A stretch of 55,027 nucleotides of DNA from an uncultured Candidatus Sumerlaeota bacterium (lineage in GTDB: Bacteria > Sumerlaeota > Sumerlaeia > SLMS01 > JANRJK01), in contig CAZUCD010000001.1 in assembly GCA_964618855.1 (NCBI GenBank), positions 1-55,027 on the forward strand, written 5' to 3'. The position numbers and the translations under genes were made by a program. The notes beneath the pieces are model-generated. The model saw only the letters and a list, made by a program, of their open reading frames with translations, was not told the origin of the DNA and made no database searches. How positions within the stretch are numbered: the stretch's first letter is position 1; each line of letters starts with the position of its first letter. Below are positions 29,328 to 37,178 of this stretch, one piece after another.

Positions 29328-31466
29328 CTACCGCATCCCCTTCGGCAGCGGCACACGCGAGTCCGACAGCGAGGAGTTCATCGAAACGCAGAGCGAGCCT
29401 GTGATGGCGCTACCTTCCTTGCCCGAGGAGGATTGCGCGAAGAAGTCCATGATGATGTAGGGGCCCTCCTCCCAAAGGTGGAACTCCCCCTGGCCATCGG
29501 GGCTGATCTCGCTGCGAAAGATGGTCTCGAGCGCCTCGCGTACCTGCGAGCGTCCGGTCATCTGGAACAGCGTGCGGCAGCGCACCTGAAGCTGGCAGCG
29601 CGGGTTGCCCGTGTCCTTCACCTGCATGTCCGTGAAGAGCCCCGACTGGTCGAGGAAGTGGTCGATGGCGCCCTGGAACCCGATGCGTTCCTCCGCCGAC
29701 GCCCCGCGCGTCCTGGCGAGGAGCTTGTCCAGGCCGAGCTGGAAGTTCTCCGCGGCGGTGTCGTCCTTGCGCACGATGGCCGTCTCAAGGAGCGCCTTGG
29801 CGAGGACCACGCGCGGTGCACCCACCGAGCGCTCGATCTTGATCTCCCCCTCCTGCCCGAGCCGTTCCGCCTCCCCCGGGTAGTCCTTCCACGCGAGCAG
29901 TCGGCTGTTCTGGTACGTGTTCGAGTTCGCCACGTAGATGCTCGTGGCGTCCGTGGAGATCGAGAGGCGCTTGAAGTGCTGTCCCTTGGCGCCCGTGATC
30001 GAGTCGGCGATGTGGACTCCCTCCTTCTTCAACTCAATGACCCGCTTGTAGCGAATCGGCAGGCGGCTCTTTCCCGTGATGAGCTTCTTCTGCAGCATCG
30101 AACGCACGAGGTTCGCGTTGAACCTGCCCACCGTGAGGAGGAGCAGCCGGAAGACGACCATCTTGAAGGGCGAGGGAAGCATCACCCGGCGCTCGTGGAA
30201 GGGTCCCTCGACCTCCAGCGTGTTGGTCGTGGGATCGAACTTGGCCGAGGACTCCTCGCGGTCCACGATGTGCGTCACGATCACCCGCCCATCGGCAAGT
30301 TCCGCGATCAGCCCCGTGTCGCTCGCGACGGGGCCCTCCTCCCCGGTGACCTTGAACACGCCCCCCTTTGACGCATTGCAGACAAAGTGGTAGCTGCGTT
30401 CCCGCACGACGAGGATGCGCGCCTCCGGGAACCACTTCACGTCCGGCGTGTCCGGCAGCTTCGCCGTTCCGGTGCGCTTGGGGTGGTAGTCCCGCCAAGC
30501 CTGCATCCAGTCGTACACGTAGTGCGCCGCCATGCGGTCGTCGTCGTTGAAGTGGCGTGACCGCCGCGGGAGCCCCTTGACCAGGAAGGAGTCGGCGACT
30601 TGCCCCGCCTGCGCGCAGTGCGGTGACATCAACTCGAAGCCATGCGGGTAGAAGTGAAACGTGTTCCGGCTGCCGTACTCTCCCGCGTACGAGCCGTCGG
30701 GATGCTGGAACCACCACGCGAACTCGCATGCCTGGACAAGGGGCGCCACCAGCGTCTCGTCCTTGGACTTCTGCCACAGTTTCGCAAGGAACGAGATCAG
30801 GCACGCGTGGTAGCCTGGGTCGGCTCCCTCGTACTCCTGGAACCAACCCTCGGGATTCCTCCACGACATGGTGAGGTCACGGAAACTGCGCGAGCCGTCC
30901 TCGAACCTTCGGTCCCCCGTCAGCAGAAAGGCGTTGTAGAGGGCGAGCGCGGCGAACGCCTGGTGGTTGGCGAGCTTGCCGGTCTCGTTGTGCCCGAGGA
31001 GCCACCCGGCCCGCTTGCTCAGGAAGGCCAGTCGGGATGGCTCGCGGTCCCCCAGCACCAGGCAGGTTTCGGTCATCGCATAGAGCGAAAACACGAGCGC
31101 CCCCATCGCACGCTCGTATGGAAAGTAATCGTCGCAGGTCCCATCGGAGTGCGCGGACTTCGCGGCGAAGTCCACCCCGGCGAGGGCTAGCTGCCTGACG
31201 CGGTCCTTCCCCAGATAGGGATTCTGGGGCAGTTCGAGCGTGGCCGCCAATGCCAGGGGGAGGACGAACTCCTGGTTCATCCCGCACGGGAAGTCCATCG
31301 TGCGGTAATGCCAGTAGCTGCGGTCAAAACAGCCATAGGTTGCGCTGTACGGGTTCGAGTCCACCATGCCGATGATGCGTGGCATTGCCCGGAGCGCCTC
31401 GAAGGCATACCAGTCCCGGTGCCCGGGTTCCGGCTGCGGGAAGGGCTGGTCGTGTGAGGAGGTCAT
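29328..31466 (-). CDS. Large hypothetical protein (possible alpha/alpha-toroid plus beta-sandwich, heparinase II/III-like; function unassigned)
   Basis: The composition is protein-like throughout, for example CFDRSYWHYRTMDFPCGMNQEF and WWFQHPDGSYAGEYGSRNT. ATG 31466 was verified but the start is uncertain, because the ORF opens at 31535. The fold guess comes from motif flavour only. Confidence 0.75.
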   Translation of the reverse strand: MTSSHDQPFPQPEPGHRDWYAFEALRAMPRIIGMVDSNPYSATYGCFDRSYWHYRTMDFPCGMNQEFVLPLALAATLELPQNPYLGKDRVRQLALAGVDFAAKSAHSDGTCDDYFPYERAMGALVFSLYAMTETCLVLGDREPSRLAFLSKRAGWLLGHNETGKLANHQAFAALALYNAFLLTGDRRFEDGSRSFRDLTMSWRNPEGWFQEYEGADPGYHACLISFLAKLWQKSKDETLVAPLVQACEFAWWFQHPDGSYAGEYGSRNTFHFYPHGFELMSPHCAQAGQVADSFLVKGLPRRSRHFNDDDRMAAHYVYDWMQAWRDYHPKRTGTAKLPDTPDVKWFPEARILVVRERSYHFVCNASKGGVFKVTGEEGPVASDTGLIAELADGRVIVTHIVDREESSAKFDPTTNTLEVEGPFHERRVMLPSPFKMVVFRLLLLTVGRFNANLVRSMLQKKLITGKSRLPIRYKRVIELKKEGVHIADSITGAKGQHFKRLSISTDATSIYVANSNTYQNSRLLAWKDYPGEAERLGQEGEIKIERSVGAPRVVLAKALLETAIVRKDDTAAENFQLGLDKLLARTRGASAEERIGFQGAIDHFLDQSGLFTDMQVKDTGNPRCQLQVRCRTLFQMTGRSQVREALETIFRSEISPDGQGEFHLWEEGPYIIMDFFAQSSSGKEGSAITGSLCVSMNSSLSDSRVPLPKGMR

Positions 31467-31756
31467 TCGGGCTGGAAGGGGAACGTTGGGGGTCTCAAGC
31501 GCCGAGGCTATCCCATCCCATGCGGGCGGTTGCAACTATGGAAACGCGGAATCCCGGCCCCGGGACCCATGGCGCGCCCGCGGCACCATCAGATTCCTGT
31601 CGCGACCGTGGGCGGAGCCTCACTAGATTTCCGCGGTTTGTGCGCGAGTCCGGGGAATTCTTCACAGTTTGCCGGACGCAGCCGGCGCAGGGTGCCCACC
31701 ACCCGCCCGGGCGTCGGCAGGCGCACCCCGACACACGGCGCACCACGAGGAGACAC

Positions 31757-32287
31757 ATGCAGGAAGCCCTGACGTTTCACCCAGCCGTCGCAGGATGCCT
31801 AGCCTCCGTGGAGCGCTGCCTCGCCTTCCTCGACCATCTCACGCAGGAACTTTACGTCAGGTCCACCGCGCACAACTCCCCCATAGGGAGCCACATGCGC
31901 CACTGCGTGGACCACTTCCTCTGCTTCTTCAAGGGCTGGAATGAAAGACTCGTCGACTATGACGCCCGCGACCGCGATCCGCGCCTGGAAACGGACCTGG
32001 CCCACTGCCGAGCCATCCTAGAGTCCCTCCATCTGCAAGTGGCCGACCTCGATGCCGCCGATCCGAGGACACCGATGAGCATCCAGACCGCACCCGCGCC
32101 CGGCATGGCGCCCGCCCCCGTGCCGTCCTGCCTCGAACGGGAACTGCTCTTCCTGTCCAGCCACACGATCCACCACATCGCGATCATGAAGCTGATCGCC
32201 GAACAGGTCGGCGTCACCATCCCGGAGGACATAGGCGTGGCCTACTCGACGGCATCCTACCGCGCCCGTCTGGCCCATCGCGGCTGA
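31757..32287 (+). CDS. DinB-family (DinB_2-like) metal-dependent protein
   Basis: 176 aa. It has His-rich four-helix-bundle signatures (GSHMRHCVDHF and SSHTIHHIAIM). A GAGGAG lies 7-8 nt before the ATG at 31757. Confidence 0.78.
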   Translation: MQEALTFHPAVAGCLASVERCLAFLDHLTQELYVRSTAHNSPIGSHMRHCVDHFLCFFKGWNERLVDYDARDRDPRLETDLAHCRAILESLHLQVADLDAADPRTPMSIQTAPAPGMAPAPVPSCLERELLFLSSHTIHHIAIMKLIAEQVGVTIPEDIGVAYSTASYRARLAHRG

Positions 32288-32319
32288 ACCGGGATCCGCG
32301 CGAGGCCGATAACAGCGTC

Positions 32320-33048
32320 GTGTGCACAGTCACCGTCTGGCATCGCCGGGATGGGCTCCTGCTGGCGATGAACCGGGACGAACGGCGGGACCGTGCCCCT
32401 GAGTCCCCCCCCGGGTTGCGTGGCGCCGGGGGGCATTGGATGGCACCCTCGGACGGCGAGGCCGGCGGCACCTGGTTCGCCGCAAGCGCGCGCGGATTCG
32501 CGGGCTGCATCCTGAATCGCTACCAGGACTCGACCGGCGGGGGAGCCCTGCCAGCAGCCAGCAGGGGCCTGATCCTCGCCCAACTCTGCGAGTCGCCGCT
32601 TTCGCCAGACCGCATGCTTGACGCCGCGGAATTCCTGGACCCGGCCGAGTTCGCCCCCTTCACCCTGGTACTTGCAGGAAAGGGCACGGCAGTTCGACTC
32701 GATTGGAACGGGAGGCGCATGATCCGGCGCCGCCTGGCCGGAGAGATCGCGATGGTCAGCTCCTCGTCGTGGCAGACGCGTCCGGTCCTGGCATGGCGGC
32801 GCCGCGCCTTCGATCGATGGTCGGGCGCGCCGGAGACCTCCGCACAAGGGATCCCCACCATCCACCTGCACGCCCCACCGGGGGATGAGCGGCGCGCCTT
32901 CCTCATGCAAAGGGAAGCCAGCGAGACGCGCTCCATAACGATGGCGGAGTTTCATTGGGCCCACGGAACCTGCACACTCAGGCATTGGCCTGTTGCGGGG
33001 GGATGCCTCCTCGGGGAATCTCCCCGTCGGATGATGCGCCTCGCATGA
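32320..33048 (+). CDS. NRDE family protein (TANGO2 homologue)
   Basis: The N-terminus is M-C-T (Cys2) and the eponymous LAMNRDERRDR motif is present, followed by GGTWFA. GTG start at 32320 was verified. Its stop overlaps the next gene's start (ATGA, 33045-33048). Confidence 0.85.
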   Translation: MCTVTVWHRRDGLLLAMNRDERRDRAPESPPGLRGAGGHWMAPSDGEAGGTWFAASARGFAGCILNRYQDSTGGGALPAASRGLILAQLCESPLSPDRMLDAAEFLDPAEFAPFTLVLAGKGTAVRLDWNGRRMIRRRLAGEIAMVSSSSWQTRPVLAWRRRAFDRWSGAPETSAQGIPTIHLHAPPGDERRAFLMQREASETRSITMAEFHWAHGTCTLRHWPVAGGCLLGESPRRMMRLA

Positions 33049-34700
33049 ACATGGACTTCGCCGTCACGGCGGCCTCGCTCGCGGAGGAGCCCCTCCTCCA
33101 GGGGCTCCTCGTTGCATTTGCGACGTTCATCCTTGAGGACCCCACCACCATCGCGTGCGGGTTCCTCGTCGTGGACGGGAAGATGGCCTACTGGACGGCA
33201 TACATCTCCCTGTCCCTCGGCATCGCCCTCGGGGACATGGGGCTGTACGCCCTCGGGAGGTTCTTCGCCCCCTGGGTTCGTTCGACGCGCCTTGTGCCGA
33301 AGGCTTCCTTCGAACGCGCCGAAGCGTGGTTTGGACGCAACCTGGTGCTGGCGGTGGTGTTGTCGCGCTTCGTGCCGGGCATGCGGCTGCCGACATACAC
33401 GGCGGCGGGGCTGCTGCGCGCCCATCCGCTCGCATTCCTCGGCGTCGCGCTGGGCGCATCGCTCGTGTGGACGTGGCTCCTGCTGTGGGGGGTGATGAAG
33501 CTCGGGGGGGAGCTCCTGCCGCGGCTTGGGCCCTTGAAGTGGGGCATCGCAGCATCCGTGGTCGTGGTGATCGCAGTCGTGCAGTGGGCGCTGGGCCGTC
33601 GGGTGCAGGCCGAACAGCCCGCCGAGCCGAGGCGCGAGGCCCCCATCGCGAGCTTCTTCGAGTTCTGGCCACCCTGGCTCTTCTACATCCCCGTCGTGCT
33701 GCACTACCTAGTGCTCGCCGTACGGTACCGCAGCCTGACCCTGCCCACGGCGTCGAACCCCCGCATTTACTCCGGTGGTCTCGTGCGCGAATCGAAGGGG
33801 CAGATTCTCTCCCTCGCGAACGACCGCGCCCGGCGCTGGATCGCGCCCTGGGTCGTGTGGCGTCGCCCCCCTGCGGATGTCACCGCGGAGGATGCGCTGT
33901 CCTCCGCGGAAGCGGCGCTCTCGGCGTACGGCCTCACCCTGCCCATCGTTGCGAAGCCCGACATGGGACAGCGCGGCGCCGGCGTCCGCCCCATACGCAC
34001 GCGCGCGGAGTTGGCCGCCTACATCGCGGAGTTTCCGCACGACACGGACATCATCCTCCAGCAGCTCGTCGAGTGGGGGAATGAAGCCGGCGTGCTGTTC
34101 ACCAGGATGCCGGGGGAAGACGCCGGCCGGATCGTCTCCATCACGCTCAAGGAGTTCCCATTCGTCACGGGCGACGGCACCAGCACGTTACGCGAGCTCA
34201 TCCTCGCGGACCCGCGCGCTCAGCTCATACAGGACGTGTACCTCGCGCGCCACCATGCCCGGCTCCAGAATGTGCTCCCGGCGGGGGAGAACTTCCCCCT
34301 CGTCTTTGCGGGCAACCATTGCCAGGGGACGATCTTCCTCGACGGGACCCACCTCGCAACGGAGGAGCTGCGGGCGCGGATGCAGGAAATCGCCGAGAAC
34401 ACCGAGGAACTGTACTTCGCGCGCTTCGACCTGCGGTTCCGCAACATGGAGTCCTTCCTCCGCGGCGAGGAGTTCCTGATCGTCGAGATCAACGGCGCAG
34501 GTGCGGAATCCACGCACATCTGGGATGCACGGATGACTCTTGGCAGGGCATATGCCGCGCTCTTCGAGCAATGGCGGACCCTGTTCGCGATCGGGGACCG
34601 CAACCGGGCCCGCGGGGCGCGCCCCATCGGGGCCCTCGCCATCCTGCGCGATTTCGCGCTTTATCTGCGGACGTCGAAGAACTACCCCTCGACGCTCTAG
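33045..34700 (+). CDS. Fusion protein: DedA/VTT-type membrane domain plus a C-terminal ATP-grasp ligase
   Basis: The N-terminal ~200 aa are DedA-like (FILEDPTTIACGFLV, LSRFVPGMRLPTYTAAG). One further TM segment follows. Then an ATP-grasp domain (LPIVAKPDMGQRGAGVRPI, ILQQLVEW, FLIVEINGAGAESTHIWD). Confidence 0.85.
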   Translation: MNMDFAVTAASLAEEPLLQGLLVAFATFILEDPTTIACGFLVVDGKMAYWTAYISLSLGIALGDMGLYALGRFFAPWVRSTRLVPKASFERAEAWFGRNLVLAVVLSRFVPGMRLPTYTAAGLLRAHPLAFLGVALGASLVWTWLLLWGVMKLGGELLPRLGPLKWGIAASVVVVIAVVQWALGRRVQAEQPAEPRREAPIASFFEFWPPWLFYIPVVLHYLVLAVRYRSLTLPTASNPRIYSGGLVRESKGQILSLANDRARRWIAPWVVWRRPPADVTAEDALSSAEAALSAYGLTLPIVAKPDMGQRGAGVRPIRTRAELAAYIAEFPHDTDIILQQLVEWGNEAGVLFTRMPGEDAGRIVSITLKEFPFVTGDGTSTLRELILADPRAQLIQDVYLARHHARLQNVLPAGENFPLVFAGNHCQGTIFLDGTHLATEELRARMQEIAENTEELYFARFDLRFRNMESFLRGEEFLIVEINGAGAESTHIWDARMTLGRAYAALFEQWRTLFAIGDRNRARGARPIGALAILRDFALYLRTSKNYPSTL

Positions 34701-34724
34701 GCAGCGGCGGACGATCCTCCCCCC

Positions 34725-35588
34725 ATGACCCTGAAATCCGGCGCGAACATCATCGGCGGACTTCGCCTGGGCGTCCTCTCGTCGGGCGATCAACTCATCC
34801 GTCCGGGCGGGGACGTGGACCTCCTCTCCGTGCCGAGTCTCCGCAAGGGCGGCTACGTCGCCGGGTTCGCGGTCTCGAAGGCGGCCCTCGAAGCGGCGCA
34901 GCGGCTCCGCTACGAAGTCTTCAACATCGAGCTGGGCGAGGGGCTGCCGGACTCCCACCTCACCGGCCTGGACCGCGACCGCTTCGACGCCCAAATGAGC
35001 CACCTCGTGATCTTCGAGGAGGAGTCGGGCCGCGCCGTCGGCACGTACCGCCTGCAGACCATGCAGCACGCACTCTCCCATCCCGAGGGTATCTACTCCG
35101 CGCAGGAGTACGACCTCGCGCCCCTCGGGGACAGGCTGGCGCACTCGGTCGAGTGCGGCCGCGCCTGCATCGCGCAAGGCCACCGCACCTTCACGACCGT
35201 CCTGATGCTGTGGACCGGCATCGGCGTCTTCATGAAGCACTTCCGCCAGCGGTACGTGTTCGGCTGCTGCTCCCTGACGACGACCGACCCGGATGACGGT
35301 TGGCGCGCGATGAAGACGCTGCGGGCGATGGGATCGCTCCGCACCGACCTGGTGCTCCCCGCGATGCCAAGCTTCACCTGCGGCCCGCGCGAGCGCGAGT
35401 TCGCCCCGGACCTCGGCCCGGCCCTACCCCTGCCAAAGCTCTTCAGCGCCTACATGCGCCTGGGCTGCAAGGTCGTCTCCGAGCCTGCCCTGGACCGCGA
35501 CTTCCAGACCGTCGACTTCCTAGTGTTCCTCGACTCCCTCGAGGTCAATCTCTCCTCGCTGCTCTCGATGGGCGTCTCGAAGGGCTGA
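34725..35588 (+). CDS. OlsB-like GNAT N-acyltransferase (Acetyltransf_5 / lyso-aminolipid synthase family)
   Basis: AQRLRYEVFNIELGEG...DRDRFDAQMSHLVIF...VGTYRLQT...YSAQEYDL...VECGRACI...GCCSL follows the ornithine-acyl-ACP N-acyltransferase family pattern. Confidence 0.87.
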   Translation: MTLKSGANIIGGLRLGVLSSGDQLIRPGGDVDLLSVPSLRKGGYVAGFAVSKAALEAAQRLRYEVFNIELGEGLPDSHLTGLDRDRFDAQMSHLVIFEEESGRAVGTYRLQTMQHALSHPEGIYSAQEYDLAPLGDRLAHSVECGRACIAQGHRTFTTVLMLWTGIGVFMKHFRQRYVFGCCSLTTTDPDDGWRAMKTLRAMGSLRTDLVLPAMPSFTCGPREREFAPDLGPALPLPKLFSAYMRLGCKVVSEPALDRDFQTVDFLVFLDSLEVNLSSLLSMGVSKG

Positions 35589-35598
35589 GGGGACGCCG

Positions 35599-36093
35599 AT
35601 GGCCGGCTGGTCGATCCGCGGGGCCCGCGTGGAGGACCTGCGCGCCATCAACGACATCTACAACCACGAAGTGCTCCACTCCATTGCCACGCTCGACCTG
35701 GACCCGATGTCGCCGGAGTCCCGGCGCGCCTGGTTCGCGCGGTTCGATCAGGAGAACCCGCTGTTCGTGGCGGAGCAGGACGGTGCAGTCGTGGGATACG
35801 CATACTACCACAACTTTCGCGAGCGTCCCGGCTACCGCATCACGCGCGAGTCCTCGGTCTATGTGGCGCGGACCCACCGGGGCATGGGCATCGCCCGGGC
35901 GCTGTACGCGGAGTTGCTTCGCAGGGCGCGAGCCGGTGGGATACACTCCATGATCGCTGTCATCGGGGGTTCCAACCCCGCAAGCGAGCGCCTGCACGCG
36001 GCCCTCGGGTTCGCACGCATCGGGGTACTCCGGGAGGCGGGGGAGAAGTTTGGCGCGCGCCACGATGTCCAGATCTGGCAGGCCTTGCTGTGA
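35599..36093 (+). CDS. GNAT acetyltransferase, phosphinothricin/amino-acid N-acetyltransferase (PAT/MnaT-like) type
   Basis: IRGARVEDLRAINDIYNHEV...ATLDLDP...WFARF...VVGYAYY...RGMGIARALY is the PAT subfamily pattern. Confidence 0.88.
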   Translation: MAGWSIRGARVEDLRAINDIYNHEVLHSIATLDLDPMSPESRRAWFARFDQENPLFVAEQDGAVVGYAYYHNFRERPGYRITRESSVYVARTHRGMGIARALYAELLRRARAGGIHSMIAVIGGSNPASERLHAALGFARIGVLREAGEKFGARHDVQIWQALL

Positions 36094-36983
36094 GCAGCGA
36101 CTCATCCACCCAGGGCGACGCGGCGCTCGCTCCGTCCACTCCGAGGGGAGCGCGCAGCTACCGCTCCCTCGCGATCCTGCGCCTCCTGCTCATCCTGGCG
36201 TCACTCGTCGTCTTCTTCCCCATCTTCCTCGTCCACAAGCTGCTGTGCCGGACGGAGGCTGCCCGATACCGCGCGGGCGCCGCCTGGACCCGGTTCTGGT
36301 TCCGCCTGATTGCGCGCCTGCTGGGATGGCGCATCCGCGCAAAGGGCGACCTGCCCCCGTCGTGCTTCGTCGCCCCCAACCACGTCGGCTACGGGGACAT
36401 CCTCGCCATGAGCGCGGCCACCGGTTGCTTCTTCGTCTCCAAGACCGAAGTGGTGAGCTGGCCCCTCATCGGTCGGCTCCTGCTGATGACAGAGCACATG
36501 ACGGTCTCCCGTTCGGTCGCCCGCGACCTGGCGCGCACGACCTCGCTCATCACGTCGCGGCTGCGGCATGGACACCGGGTGTGCGTCTTCCTGGAGGGCA
36601 CGACCACCGGCGGCGACCGCATCCTGCGCTTCATGACGCCCCTCGTGAAGCCCGCTGTGGAGGCCGGTGCGCCCATCGTGCCGACTTCCATCAGGTGGAC
36701 GTGCAGCGACCCGGACTTCCACTTGTCGGAGGACGCCGCCTACTGGACGCGCGAGCACACCTTCGGTCCCCATGCGCTTCGGATGTTCGGCATCCCCAGC
36801 CTTGAAGTCGAAATCACCTTCGACGAGCCGGTTGACCCGGCAAGCATGCCGAGGCGAGACCTAGCGCAGCACATCAGGCGGCGCATCGTTGAACTCTACC
36901 GCCCCCCGCTCGAGGAGGACGCTCCGGCTCCTGAGGCTTCATGGGTTGCACCGGGCCTCCGGGACAAGGAGAGGGACACATGA
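36090..36983 (+). CDS. PlsC-family lysolipid O-acyltransferase (OlsA-like)
   Basis: The HX4D box is NHVGYGD and the FPEGT-equivalent is FLEGTTT. The GTG start overlaps the previous stop (GTGA, 36090-36093). Confidence 0.87.
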   Translation: MSSDSSTQGDAALAPSTPRGARSYRSLAILRLLLILASLVVFFPIFLVHKLLCRTEAARYRAGAAWTRFWFRLIARLLGWRIRAKGDLPPSCFVAPNHVGYGDILAMSAATGCFFVSKTEVVSWPLIGRLLLMTEHMTVSRSVARDLARTTSLITSRLRHGHRVCVFLEGTTTGGDRILRFMTPLVKPAVEAGAPIVPTSIRWTCSDPDFHLSEDAAYWTREHTFGPHALRMFGIPSLEVEITFDEPVDPASMPRRDLAQHIRRRIVELYRPPLEEDAPAPEASWVAPGLRDKERDT

Positions 36984-37144
36984 GAAACATCCTGAGCCTC
37001 GTCTGGCTCGTCATCATCGTCTACACGATCATCGACATCCTGAAGAGCGGCGGCAGCACTGGCAAGAAGGCACTCTGGATCGTGCTCGTCCTCGTCTTTC
37101 CGTTCCTCGGCTCCATCGGCTGGTTCATTTTCGGCCGCAAGTAG
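36980..37144 (+). CDS. PLDc_N-type small membrane protein (54 aa)
   Basis: MRNILSLVWLVIIVYTIIDIL...KKALWIVLVLVFPFLGSIGWFIFGRK follows the PLD-nuclease N-terminal mini-protein pattern. Its ATG overlaps the PlsC stop (ATGA, 36980-36983). Confidence 0.72.
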   Translation: MRNILSLVWLVIIVYTIIDILKSGGSTGKKALWIVLVLVFPFLGSIGWFIFGRK

Positions 37145-37178
37145 TCTCGTCAACCCGTCCCCACCAAGGCCTCGCACC

